Under the pieces are notes generated by a model. It worked only from the letters and a program-made list of their open reading frames with translations. It did no database searches and was not told where the DNA came from. A stretch of DNA of 64,000 nt from Patescibacteria group bacterium (GTDB lineage Bacteria > Patescibacteriota > Minisyncoccia > Phycocordibacterales > UBA12079): assembly GCA_034661035.1 (NCBI GenBank), contig JAYEKM010000008.1:11677-75676 (forward strand), given 5' to 3'. Positions 34,903-45,023 of the stretch are shown in pieces. Position 1 is the stretch's first letter. Each line of letters begins with the position of its first letter. Both the position numbers and the translations under genes were made by a program.

Positions 34903-35640
34903 ATGAAAAAATTAGCAATTATCCCCGCTAGAGGCGGGTCAAAAAGATTGAAGAACAAAAACAGACTCCTATTAAGTGGGAAACCTTTAGTTGTTTATAC
35001 AATAGAGTCAGCAATTAAAAGTAAACTATTTGATAAAATTATTCTTTCAACTGATGATGAAAAAATCGCTAAAATAGGTAAAGATTTAGGGATATCAATA
35101 TATTATCGACCCAAAAAATATGCATCTGACACCGCCACAGTAATTCAAGCTCTCGTTGAATTAATGGAAACTTTTGAAAAAAATGGTGAAAAATATGATG
35201 TTGTTTGTCAAATGCTCCCAACTTGCCCTTTTAGAGATTTTGAAGACATTAAAAAAGGAATACAATTATTGGATAAAAAAACAGATTCTGTCATAAGTAT
35301 TTCCACCTATAATTTCCCTTTACCAAAATCACTAAGCAAAAAAGGAGACTTTATAAAACCATATTGGCCTAATTCTCCATTTTTAACAGGAAAAACAAGA
35401 ACACAGGATCAACAAATCTTTTATCATGATAATGGAGCCTTCTATATATCTTGGTGGGAATCAATAAAAAAATATAAAACTTTCTATAAAGGAGAAATAA
35501 AAGGGTATGAGATAAATCATCTAAAAACTATTGATATAGATAATAAACTTGATTTTGAAATGGCAGAAATAATATTAACACATGTTAAAGACAATAAAAA
35601 TCAATCGGAAATTAAAAAACTTTTGTCTCATTTAATTTAA
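34903..35640 (+). CDS. CMP-nonulosonic acid synthetase family cytidylyltransferase (NeuA/PseF/LegF-like)
   Basis: N-terminal AIIPARGGSKRLKNKN. Confidence 0.75.
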   Translation: MKKLAIIPARGGSKRLKNKNRLLLSGKPLVVYTIESAIKSKLFDKIILSTDDEKIAKIGKDLGISIYYRPKKYASDTATVIQALVELMETFEKNGEKYDVVCQMLPTCPFRDFEDIKKGIQLLDKKTDSVISISTYNFPLPKSLSKKGDFIKPYWPNSPFLTGKTRTQDQQIFYHDNGAFYISWWESIKKYKTFYKGEIKGYEINHLKTIDIDNKLDFEMAEIILTHVKDNKNQSEIKKLLSHLI

Positions 35641-35647
35641 TAAATTT

Positions 35648-37582
35648 ATGACCCAGTCAAAAACAAAAATCGAAAAATTATTTGATACCGATAATAAATC
35701 AACTTACATTATAAGCGAAATTGGGATAAACCATAACGGATCTCTCAAAACTGCTCTAGAACTTATTAAAGCTTCAAAAGAAGCAGGGGTAGATGCTGTT
35801 AAATTTCAGAAAAGGAATCTTAAAAAAATATATTCTGATGGTATTTTAAACAATCCAAATAATGCTGAGTGGAATTTTGATTATTTAATACCTCTTCTAA
35901 AAGAAATAGAATTATCAAAACAAGATTACAAAGTAATAAAAAAAACTTGCGATGAATTAAGCCTTGATTTAATAATAACACCTTTTGATGAAGATTCAGC
36001 TGAATTTGTTCATAAATTAGGTGTAGTTGCATACAAAATATCCTCTTCGGACATGACTAATTTTAACTTGATAAAAAAATGTGCTTCTTACAATTTACCG
36101 CTAATCATTTCAACTGGAATGTGGGACAAAAAAGATATCCAGAAATGTGTCAATTTTTATAAAAATAATAATATTAACTATGCTTTGTTATTAACAAATT
36201 CAACCTACCCAGCTCCATACGAATCAACACATTTAAAATTTATAGAGGAATTAAAAAAGATGAGTAATATAGTAGGTTACTCTGGACATGAGAGAGGTAT
36301 TTTTATTCCTGTCGCTGCTGTAGCCTTAGGGGCAAAAATAATAGAAAAACATATTACTTTCAGTAGAAATGATTATATAAAGGTAGGAAATAAACTCAGA
36401 CAACAACAAAAAGGTCCTGACCATAAAGCATCTCTCCTCCCTGAGGAATTTACTGAAATGGTAAATAATATAAGAAACTTAGAAAAATCACTCCAAAGAG
36501 ATAAGGACATAAATCAAGCTGAAAAATTAAATAGGGAGGCTTTCGCTAAATCAGCAACAGCAAAACATTTTCTGAAAAAAGGACATATTCTAACCGAAAG
36601 CGATATAATTTTTAGAGCCCCTGGTAAAGGTATATTTCCTCACGAAATAAATGAATACATTAAAAAGAAATTAACAAAAGATGTATTAAAAGATAAATAT
36701 ATCTCTAAAAATGATTTTAAAAATAACCTGTCAACAAAAGGATGGGAGAAATTTAATTTTTCGCAAAAATGGGGATTGAAATGTCGATTTCATGACTATG
36801 AAAAGTTAAAACAAATAAAACCCCCTGTTTTAGAATTTCATTTTTCTGACACTGATTTAGATGTTAGCTTTGATGAGGGGAATAATGAATCTGAGTTGAT
36901 AGTGCATGCTCCTGAAATAGTAGACAGAAAACTTATAAATTTTTGTTCTAATGATCCAGAAATTGTTAACATGTCAATAAAAACAATTCAAAAAACAATA
37001 GATAAAGCTACAAAACTTGGGAAAAAGTGGACCAAGGCAAAGACAAAGTTAGTAATTCATCTCGGAGGAATGCAGTTGAATAAATCAACTAATAAAAATA
37101 TATATACTGAATGCTTAAATAATGCTATAAATAATTTCAGTAAACTAAAATATTCACCAGATGATATAGAGATACTACCTGAAAATTTACCATCGAGACC
37201 ATGGTACCTTAACGGAGAATGGTATCAATATGGATTCACTCGAGCAGAAGATATGCTAAAATTTTGCAAACACTTTAATTTAGGAATGACCTTTGATATA
37301 TGCCATGCGGCCTTATATTGTAACAACGAGAAAGAGAGTTTGGTAGATTACGCAAAAAAAATAAGGCTGATAACTAAACATATACATATATCAGACGCAA
37401 AAGGAACTAGCGGTGAAGGAATCCAAATAAATAAAGGAGAGATAAATTTTAAAGAAGTTCTTGATGTCTTCAAAAATAAAAATTTTTCTTGGGTAACAGA
37501 AATATGGAGCGGTCATTTACACGAAGGGATTGAAACTTATAAAGCACTACTAAAATTAGAAAAATTCAATGAAATTTTATAG
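35648..37582 (+). CDS. NeuB-like sialic/nonulosonic acid synthase fused to a xylose-isomerase-like TIM-barrel (sugar-phosphate isomerase/epimerase) domain
   Basis: N-terminal IISEIGINHNGSLKTALELIKASKEAGVDAVKFQK (NeuB/PseI/LegI). The C-terminal roughly 300 aa has ..FDICHAALY..HIHISD.. of the AP-endonuclease-2/xylose isomerase-like fold. 644 aa against about 340 for NeuB. Confidence 0.7.
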   Translation: MTQSKTKIEKLFDTDNKSTYIISEIGINHNGSLKTALELIKASKEAGVDAVKFQKRNLKKIYSDGILNNPNNAEWNFDYLIPLLKEIELSKQDYKVIKKTCDELSLDLIITPFDEDSAEFVHKLGVVAYKISSSDMTNFNLIKKCASYNLPLIISTGMWDKKDIQKCVNFYKNNNINYALLLTNSTYPAPYESTHLKFIEELKKMSNIVGYSGHERGIFIPVAAVALGAKIIEKHITFSRNDYIKVGNKLRQQQKGPDHKASLLPEEFTEMVNNIRNLEKSLQRDKDINQAEKLNREAFAKSATAKHFLKKGHILTESDIIFRAPGKGIFPHEINEYIKKKLTKDVLKDKYISKNDFKNNLSTKGWEKFNFSQKWGLKCRFHDYEKLKQIKPPVLEFHFSDTDLDVSFDEGNNESELIVHAPEIVDRKLINFCSNDPEIVNMSIKTIQKTIDKATKLGKKWTKAKTKLVIHLGGMQLNKSTNKNIYTECLNNAINNFSKLKYSPDDIEILPENLPSRPWYLNGEWYQYGFTRAEDMLKFCKHFNLGMTFDICHAALYCNNEKESLVDYAKKIRLITKHIHISDAKGTSGEGIQINKGEINFKEVLDVFKNKNFSWVTEIWSGHLHEGIETYKALLKLEKFNEIL

Positions 37583-37609
37583 TTATATAAAGCAATAAAT
37601 TAAATAAAT

Positions 37610-38572
37610 ATGAACTTAAAAAAAATAAAAAGTGATATAAAAGGGCCTGTCTTTCCAATTATTACTCCATTTACAAAAAAACATGGGGTAGACTATAAGA
37701 AGGTAAGAGAATACATAGATTTTTTATATCAAGGCGGTGCTAGAATTTTTCATGTCATGGTTCATTCCAGCAGAATTGGACTTCTGTCTGAAAAGGAGAT
37801 TATCAAGTTAAATAAAACTGTTACAAATCATACAAAATCAAAATATAAAGATTGTATTGTAATTGCAAGTGGACCAATTATAGGGTCTACTCGTCTTAAT
37901 ATTAAGATAGCAGAGGAAGCTGAAAAAGCAGGGGCAGATATAATAGGAATAATTTTTTCCGAAAGATATTACTTTAAAGATCAAATCGTAAAATATTACA
38001 AAGAAATAGCTACCAGAGTAAAGATAGGGATTCTTATTCATGAAGAACAATTAAATTCAATTCACGGAACTAAAAAAGCTCAATTTCCTCTTGATGTCCT
38101 TGATAAAATTGCTGGTATAAAAAACGTAGTTGCAATTAAAGAAGATTCAAAAAATCATGAATTTAGCTTAAAAACTATTAAATTGCTAAAAGAAAGACTC
38201 GCTATCATTGTTTCAGGAGCTGCAAAAAAACAATTCTTGGCAAGTGCTCCATATGGCTGTCACGCTTATCTAGTTGGGGTTGGTAATTTTGCCCCGTTAG
38301 TAGCCACACAATTTTACAAATATTATTTAGAAGGTAATTTAGAAATGTGTAATGAAATAATAAATGAAATAGAAACACCGTTTCTTCAAATTGCAAAAGA
38401 ATTAGGTTGGCATATCGGGTTAAAATCAGCCATGGAAATAACCAGGGTTATGAACAGAGATGAGAGACCACCATTAGAAAAATTATCTTTAACTCAACAT
38501 AAAAAAATAGAAAGTGTTTTGAAACAGATACAAAATAAATCTATCTGGAAAAAAGTGAATAAACAAAAATGA
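37610..38572 (+). CDS. DapA/NanA-family class I aldolase
   Basis: Dihydrodipicolinate synthase family fold with a candidate Schiff-base Lys in VVAIKEDS. Confidence 0.6.
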   Translation: MNLKKIKSDIKGPVFPIITPFTKKHGVDYKKVREYIDFLYQGGARIFHVMVHSSRIGLLSEKEIIKLNKTVTNHTKSKYKDCIVIASGPIIGSTRLNIKIAEEAEKAGADIIGIIFSERYYFKDQIVKYYKEIATRVKIGILIHEEQLNSIHGTKKAQFPLDVLDKIAGIKNVVAIKEDSKNHEFSLKTIKLLKERLAIIVSGAAKKQFLASAPYGCHAYLVGVGNFAPLVATQFYKYYLEGNLEMCNEIINEIETPFLQIAKELGWHIGLKSAMEITRVMNRDERPPLEKLSLTQHKKIESVLKQIQNKSIWKKVNKQK

Positions 38573-40080
38573 AATTAAAACAAGCCACAGAGATAATAAT
38601 TGATATTGAAAATTTAGTCCCTGTAGACCAAATAGAATTTAAGGATATCAAAATATGGCCATTGATTAGATCTGAAATATGGAAACAGCTAACCAACCCT
38701 GTAAAAGAAAGAAGTTCCTTAGAAAGTTCAGCGTCAACTAACAAAAATTATTTCGAAAAAATTATTTCGAAAATATTAAGAGTATTCACTTACACAAAAT
38801 ATTCTCTTTTCAAAAAAAAACAAAAACAAAAACAAGTTATCTTTCTTCCTTCCCCTAACAACAGATGGGAAAAAGTTAACGGGCAATATCTTAAACCTTT
38901 TTCTAATAGTTTACAGGACATTTTGAGAGAAATGAAAATTAAATCTATCATACTTAATTATTCGTCAACAAATCCTAAACCTCTCTACGGAAATTTTTAT
39001 CATATACGAAAAGAAATTGAACATGCTCATTCAACACAAAGAATATTACTGCTTCTGGAAAAAATCTTTAATTTAAACAAAAAACCAAGTAAAGTTTACC
39101 ACTGGGACACATTGATTAAATTTATTAGTTTTAAATATCCTATTTTATCATTAGATAAACAGTCTATAATTGATCAAACAAATAACATAATTTCTTATGA
39201 AAAAATATTCAAAAAAATATTCAAAAAGATCAAACCAAAATTATGCTTTTTAATATGCTATTATTGTCCAATAAACATGGGTTATATAAAAGCGTGTAGA
39301 TCATTAGGGATAAAAAGTGTTGAAATCCAACATGGACAACAAGGTGATTTTCATGGAATGTACACCCATTGGACCAAATTACCTCAAAACGGTTATGAAC
39401 TTCTCCCTTCACATTGGTGGAGTTGGGGAAATAAATCTGCGGAACGAATTAATAATTGGTCTAAAACAGTACACCCCGAACATCAGGCCATTGTAGGAGG
39501 AAATCCATGGATAGCTAAAAATATCAATCAAGATTATAAAATAGATGACACTTATATTGATAAATTAGAAAAGATATTGACATTAAAAAATAAAATTAAT
39601 GTTTTGGTTGCATTACAGCCAATTGAAATACCGATAAGTAATACTCTTTTTGAAGCAATTAAGAATTCCCCTTCAAAAATTAACTGGCTTATCAGACTAC
39701 ATCCAGCAATGAGTAAACAAAAAAATGAAATTGAACAATTCCTTAAAAAAACTAACAACAAAAATATTGATATTGATTATAATTATAAAATACCATTATT
39801 TAATATTCTAAAAAGAGTTGATTTTCTTATCACACCATGGTCATCAATAGCATATGAAGCACTTTTATTTAAAGTTCACCCAATCATTATTCACCCAAAC
39901 GGAAAAGATACTTTTACTGAATATATAAACGAAGGATTGTTTACTTACGCCGATTCTTCACAGAAAATAATAAATGTAATAGAAACAAATAAAAATAAAT
40001 TTATATTTAATGAAAAACAATATTATATAGAGATAGATATATTTAAAATAAAAAATTTATTAAAAAAAATAATAAAATAA
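38569..40080 (+). CDS. hypothetical protein, possibly capsule-polysaccharide biosynthesis/glycosyltransferase-like
   Basis: 503 aa; weak resemblance to capsule polysaccharide biosynthesis families; contains an A9(CAAAAA)n tract. Confidence 0.4.
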   Translation: MKLKQATEIIIDIENLVPVDQIEFKDIKIWPLIRSEIWKQLTNPVKERSSLESSASTNKNYFEKIISKILRVFTYTKYSLFKKKQKQKQVIFLPSPNNRWEKVNGQYLKPFSNSLQDILREMKIKSIILNYSSTNPKPLYGNFYHIRKEIEHAHSTQRILLLLEKIFNLNKKPSKVYHWDTLIKFISFKYPILSLDKQSIIDQTNNIISYEKIFKKIFKKIKPKLCFLICYYCPINMGYIKACRSLGIKSVEIQHGQQGDFHGMYTHWTKLPQNGYELLPSHWWSWGNKSAERINNWSKTVHPEHQAIVGGNPWIAKNINQDYKIDDTYIDKLEKILTLKNKINVLVALQPIEIPISNTLFEAIKNSPSKINWLIRLHPAMSKQKNEIEQFLKKTNNKNIDIDYNYKIPLFNILKRVDFLITPWSSIAYEALLFKVHPIIIHPNGKDTFTEYINEGLFTYADSSQKIINVIETNKNKFIFNEKQYYIEIDIFKIKNLLKKIIK

Positions 40081-40081
40081 A

Positions 40082-41782
40082 ATGGAAACAGCACCAATTA
40101 CATTGTTTGTATATAATCGCCCAAAGCATACAAAAAAAACAGTGGAGGCTTTGCAAAAAAATTTTCTTTCAAAAGAAAGCACTCTTTTTATATTTTCTGA
40201 TGGATATAAAAATAAAAATGATAAAAAAAACGTTGCAAAAGTAAGAAATTACTTAAAAACAATTTCTGGTTTTAGGAAAATTACGATAATTGAAAGAAAT
40301 AAGAACTTTGGTTTATCAAAATCAATTATTTTAGGAGTAACGGAAATCATAAATAAATACAAAAAAATTATTGTACTAGAAGACGATTTAGTCACATCCC
40401 CTTATTTTTTAAGCTACATGAATAAAGGTCTTGCCTTGTATAAAGAAGAAGGTGATGTAATCAGTATACATGGTTATATCTACCCCATGAAAGGTAAATT
40501 TCCCGAAACTTTTTTTATTAAGGGGGCAGATTGTTGGGGATGGGCAACATGGAAGAGAGGGTGGGATATTTTTAATCCTGACGGAAAAAAATTATTAGAA
40601 GGACTAAAAACAAAAAAACTATCCAAACAATTTGATTTTGACAGAAATTATAATTATACTAAAATGCTAAGAAATCAAATTGACAAAAAAAATGATTCTT
40701 GGGCGATTAGATGGTACGCGTCTGCTTTTTTATCCAATAAATTAACCCTTTATCCAAAAAAATCTCTTGTGCAAAATATAGGGATAGACGATAGCGGAAC
40801 TCATTGTAAAAATTCTACAACTTATAAAGTATCTCTCTCAAATAAAGAAATTACTGTAAAAAAAATACCCATAATAGAAAATAAAAAAGTTAGAAAAAAA
40901 ATTATAAAATATTTCAAATCTGTTAGAAAAAATTCTTTTTATTCTTTTCTTAAAAAAATAAGAATAGTTTTAATAAAAATCTTAAAAAATATTACCCCTC
41001 CAATCATATTAAAAATTTCCAAAAAAAAGCCTAAATATGGATTTTTTGGTAATTATAAAACGTGGAAAGAGGCTCTGAAAAGGTCAGGTGGGTATGATGA
41101 TGAAAAAATTTTAGAAAAAGTGAAAGAATCATTACTCAAGATAAAAAATAGGGAAGCTGTTTACGAAAGAGATTCTTTTTTGTTTAATAAAACACAATAC
41201 TCATGGCCTATCACGACATCTCTTCTTTGGGTAAAATCACAAAATAATGATGACACCTTAAACATAATAGATTTTGGAGGATCTTTAGGAAGTAGTTATT
41301 ATCAAAATAAGAAATTCTTAGATTACATAAAAAATTTGAGATGGAACATCATTGAACAGAAAAATTTTGTTCAATGTGGAAAAGAATATTTTCAGGATAA
41401 TCAGTTAAAATTTTATAAAAATATAGACGATTGTTTGAAGGAAACAAAACCTGACACTATCTTAATTTCTAGCACCATTCAGTATCTAGAAAACCCTTAT
41501 AAATTTTTACAAAAAATTATAAATTACAATTTTAAATTTATAATCTTTGATAGAACAACCTTCTTAAAAAAGAACAGTGGCGAAAGAATAACTATACAAA
41601 AAGTAAGTCCGAAAATTTATGATGCTAGCTACCCAACATGGTTTTTGAATGAGCAAAAATTTTTAGAAATTTTAAACAATAAGTACAACTTAATAGAAGA
41701 TTTTTTATCTCTTCCAAACGAAATAATACTTGGGGACAAAACAAAAGCAGTAGAAAAAGGTTTTATATTCAAAAGAAAATAA
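40082..41782 (+). CDS. GT-A-type glycosyltransferase fused to a C-terminal TIGR04325-like methyltransferase domain
   Basis: N-terminal ITLFVYNRP..VLEDDL (DxD-like). C-terminal IIDFGGSLGSSYYQN.. resembles sugar O-methyltransferases of the TIGR04325 type. Confidence 0.45.
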   Translation: METAPITLFVYNRPKHTKKTVEALQKNFLSKESTLFIFSDGYKNKNDKKNVAKVRNYLKTISGFRKITIIERNKNFGLSKSIILGVTEIINKYKKIIVLEDDLVTSPYFLSYMNKGLALYKEEGDVISIHGYIYPMKGKFPETFFIKGADCWGWATWKRGWDIFNPDGKKLLEGLKTKKLSKQFDFDRNYNYTKMLRNQIDKKNDSWAIRWYASAFLSNKLTLYPKKSLVQNIGIDDSGTHCKNSTTYKVSLSNKEITVKKIPIIENKKVRKKIIKYFKSVRKNSFYSFLKKIRIVLIKILKNITPPIILKISKKKPKYGFFGNYKTWKEALKRSGGYDDEKILEKVKESLLKIKNREAVYERDSFLFNKTQYSWPITTSLLWVKSQNNDDTLNIIDFGGSLGSSYYQNKKFLDYIKNLRWNIIEQKNFVQCGKEYFQDNQLKFYKNIDDCLKETKPDTILISSTIQYLENPYKFLQKIINYNFKFIIFDRTTFLKKNSGERITIQKVSPKIYDASYPTWFLNEQKFLEILNNKYNLIEDFLSLPNEIILGDKTKAVEKGFIFKRK

Positions 41783-41786
41783 ATTT

Positions 41787-42788
41787 ATGTTAAATTTTTG
41801 TACTTTATTTGATAGAAACTATTTTTATAAAGGGTTAACAATGTATAATTCTTTAAAGAATAGCTGTAATGAAGATTTTAGTCTTTGGATTTTATGTATG
41901 GACAATATTACCTATAACCTTCTGAAAAAAATGGATCTGCCAAATATAAAATTAATTACTTTGCAAGAATTTGAAACCTTAGAATTACTTAAACTAAAAA
42001 AAGAAAGAAGCTTATCAGAATATTCCTGGACATGTGCTTCTAATTTTGTCTGGTTTCTCTTGCAAAAACATAACCAAATAAAAACAATAATTTATTTAGA
42101 CGCTGATATTTATTTTTTCAATAGTCCTAGTATTTTAATCGAAGAATTAAGAGACAAGGATGTTATAATAACTGAACATCGTTACACCAAAAAATACAAT
42201 CAGACAGTCACCAGCGGAAAATATTGTGTTCAATTTATGGTTTTTAAAAATAATCTAAATGGATTAAAAATTCTTAATTGGTGGCGTAAAAAATGTCTTA
42301 ATTGGTGTCCAAATTCTATTAACAATGCCAGTTTTAATGATCAAAAATATTTAGATGATTGGCCAATTCGTTTTAAAAAAATTCACGAATTACAACACCT
42401 AGGGGGGGGTGTGGCCCCTTGGAATGTTCAACAATATATATTTTTTAATAAAAATTCTGTAATTATCGGAAAAGAAAAAGTCTCAAATAAACAATTCCCC
42501 TTGGTATTTTATCACTTTCATGATTTTTATTTAATATCCAGAAATAAATATTACTGTTGTAAAAATTATGCATTAAGTAAAAATATTAAAAAAAATATTT
42601 ATGAACCATACTTTAAAAATCTTCAGAATAGTATATTATCAACTAAAATTATAAATCCAAAATTTAACTTTGGTTTTAGAGATATCAACCTCAAAATCAC
42701 TCATAGACTATATACCTATATAATTAAAAACTATTATTTTAAAAAAATATATAAAAAATATGAACGGAAATATAAAAATAAAAGTTAG
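41787..42788 (+). CDS. GT8-like nucleotide-diphospho-sugar transferase
   Basis: LFDRNYFYKGLTMYNSL and YLDADIYF (DxD) resemble LgtC/GT8; contains the G8 homopolymer. Confidence 0.5.
   Translation: MLNFCTLFDRNYFYKGLTMYNSLKNSCNEDFSLWILCMDNITYNLLKKMDLPNIKLITLQEFETLELLKLKKERSLSEYSWTCASNFVWFLLQKHNQIKTIIYLDADIYFFNSPSILIEELRDKDVIITEHRYTKKYNQTVTSGKYCVQFMVFKNNLNGLKILNWWRKKCLNWCPNSINNASFNDQKYLDDWPIRFKKIHELQHLGGGVAPWNVQQYIFFNKNSVIIGKEKVSNKQFPLVFYHFHDFYLISRNKYYCCKNYALSKNIKKNIYEPYFKNLQNSILSTKIINPKFNFGFRDINLKITHRLYTYIIKNYYFKKIYKKYERKYKNKS
42402..42409. repeat. poly-G8 homopolymer inside the GT8-like gene (candidate phase-variation tract)
   Basis: acctaGGGGGGGGtgtggcc encodes HLGGGVAPW; a G8 run is exceptional in a roughly 30% GC genome. 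Confidence 0.9.
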
Positions 42789-43188
42789 ACATTCAAGAAT
42801 TATAAAATTACAATCTTACAATGATTTTCCTGATGGGAATCTAGTTATTGCTGAATCAAAAAAAAATATTCCTTTCGAAATCAAGAGAGTGTATTTTATA
42901 AATAATTTATTTAATAATGAAGCGATCCGAGGAAAACATGCTCATAAAAAATTAAAACAGGTTATCTTTTGTATCAATGGTCATTTCACTTTACATTTGG
43001 ACGATGGAAAAAACAAGCAGAAAATTACACTGAATGATCCGTCATGTGGTATTTATCTTGGGTCAAAATTATGGCATACAATGAATAATTTTTCATCTGA
43101 CTGTGTTATATTAGTTTTAGCTGAAGATTATTATGATGAAAAAGATTATATCAGAAATTATGATAATTTTTTAAAATACACAAAATAA
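42760..43188 (+). CDS. sugar 3,4-ketoisomerase, cupin fold (FdtA/QdtA/WxcM-like)
   Basis: RGKHAHKKLKQ (RGxHAH cupin motif); about 140 aa. Confidence 0.6.
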   Translation: MNGNIKIKVRHSRIIKLQSYNDFPDGNLVIAESKKNIPFEIKRVYFINNLFNNEAIRGKHAHKKLKQVIFCINGHFTLHLDDGKNKQKITLNDPSCGIYLGSKLWHTMNNFSSDCVILVLAEDYYDEKDYIRNYDNFLKYTK

Positions 43189-43190
43189 AT

Positions 43191-44282
43191 ATGAAAATTC
43201 CTTTTTTTGACTATAAAAGACAGCTAAAAATTCTAAGGTTAGAAATAGACCAATGTATTAAAAATGTTTTAAATTCAGGAAAATTAATTTTAGGGGATGA
43301 GGTAAGTAAATTTGAAAATAATTTTGCCAATTTTATTGGAACTAAATATGCAATAGGAGTAAATTCAGGAACTGATGCAATCAAAATAGCTCTTAAAGCC
43401 TTGGGAGTTAAAAAAGATGATGAAATAATAACGGTAGCCAACACAGCAATCCCAACGATAAGTGCGATAAGAGAAGTTGGAGCAATACCTAAATTTATTG
43501 ATATAAAAGATAATTTTACGATGGATGAAAATAAAATAGAAGAAAAAATAACAAAAAAGACAAAAATTATCCTACCTGTACATTTACATGGACAACCATG
43601 TAATATGAAAAAAATTGTTGAAATCGCAAAAAAGTACAAGATTAAAGTAATAGAAGACTGTGCTCAGTCCCATGGTGCAATCTTAGAAAATAAAATAGTA
43701 GGAAGTTTTGGAAATATAAGCTGTTTTAGTTTTTACCCAACCAAAAATTTAGGAGCTTACGGTGATGCTGGAATAATTTTAACTTCCGATAAAAAATTAT
43801 TTAATAGATGCAAGATGTTAAGAACTTATGGAATAAGAGATAAATATTATTCTTATATTGAAGGATATAATAGCAGACTGGATGAAATACAGGCAGGAAT
43901 ATTAAATGTAAAGATAAATTATCTAAATAAATGGAATAACAATCGTCGTCAAATTGCTAAATACTATTTGAGTAATATTAAAAATAATAAAATTAAATTA
44001 CCAAAAATAAAATATTTAGAGAATCATGTTTTCCATCTTTTCGTTATAAGAACCAGTCAAAGAAAAAAACTTACTGAATATTTACTTAAACATAATATTG
44101 GATATGGGATTCACTATGAATTCCCTATCCATCTACAAACTGCTTATAATTTTTTAAATTACAAAAAAGGAAGCTTACCAATCACAGAAAAATTTTCTAA
44201 ACAAATTATATCATTACCTATATTCCCAGAATTAACAAAAAAAGAAGTTGAATATGTAACAAATGTTATAAATAAATTCTAA
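43191..44282 (+). CDS. DegT/DnrJ/EryC1/StrS family sugar aminotransferase (FdtB/QdtB-like)
   Basis: PLP-dependent fold; ..AIGVNSGTDAIKIAL.. and the catalytic Lys region FSFYPTKNLGAYGDAG. Confidence 0.85.
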   Translation: MKIPFFDYKRQLKILRLEIDQCIKNVLNSGKLILGDEVSKFENNFANFIGTKYAIGVNSGTDAIKIALKALGVKKDDEIITVANTAIPTISAIREVGAIPKFIDIKDNFTMDENKIEEKITKKTKIILPVHLHGQPCNMKKIVEIAKKYKIKVIEDCAQSHGAILENKIVGSFGNISCFSFYPTKNLGAYGDAGIILTSDKKLFNRCKMLRTYGIRDKYYSYIEGYNSRLDEIQAGILNVKINYLNKWNNNRRQIAKYYLSNIKNNKIKLPKIKYLENHVFHLFVIRTSQRKKLTEYLLKHNIGYGIHYEFPIHLQTAYNFLNYKKGSLPITEKFSKQIISLPIFPELTKKEVEYVTNVINKF

Positions 44283-44303
44283 AACTTATTCATAAAAATA
44301 TAA

Positions 44304-45023
44304 ATGAAAAATAGAATAATGAACATAATTTTAAATATAAAATTCAAAAAAGAATTTGAATTATTTGAAAAACTATCTAATAAAGATAACAGATTTGATA
44401 TTGACTGGGAGAATAGAAAATACCATGCAAATGATAATACAGAAAAAACCAAGTTTGATTCTCATTATATCTATCATCCAGCATGGGCTGCGAGAATTTT
44501 GGCACAAACAAAACCAAAAAAACACATCGATATATCCTCTACTCTACATTTTTGTTCGGTTGTTTCAGCTTTTATACCAATAGAATTTTATGATTATAGA
44601 CCAGCAAATATTAATTTAAATAATTTAACTTCAAAAAAAGCTAATATCAATTCCCTTCCTTTTACAGATAATAGCGTTAAATCCCTGTCTTGTATGCATA
44701 CAGTTGAACACATAGGATTAGGTAGATATGGTGATGAAATTGATCCAAACGGAGATTTGAAGGCAATAAGTGAGTTAAAAAGAGTTCTTGCTATAGAAGG
44801 AAATCTATTATTTGTTGTACCTGTTGGGAAGCCAAAAATTGTATTTAATGCACATAGAATATATTCTTATAACCAAATAATAGAATATTTCAAAGATTTT
44901 AAATTACAGAACTTTTCATTAATAACGGATAAAGGCCAATTTATTTTTAATTCAAATAAAGAAAATACCGATAATCAAAAATATGGTTGTGGGTGTTTTT
45001 GGTTTAAAAAAACAAAATTATGA
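44304..45023 (+). CDS. DUF268-like SAM-dependent methyltransferase
   Basis: Class I methyltransferase fold of the type found in O-antigen clusters; low-confidence family call. Confidence 0.45.
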   Translation: MKNRIMNIILNIKFKKEFELFEKLSNKDNRFDIDWENRKYHANDNTEKTKFDSHYIYHPAWAARILAQTKPKKHIDISSTLHFCSVVSAFIPIEFYDYRPANINLNNLTSKKANINSLPFTDNSVKSLSCMHTVEHIGLGRYGDEIDPNGDLKAISELKRVLAIEGNLLFVVPVGKPKIVFNAHRIYSYNQIIEYFKDFKLQNFSLITDKGQFIFNSNKENTDNQKYGCGCFWFKKTKL

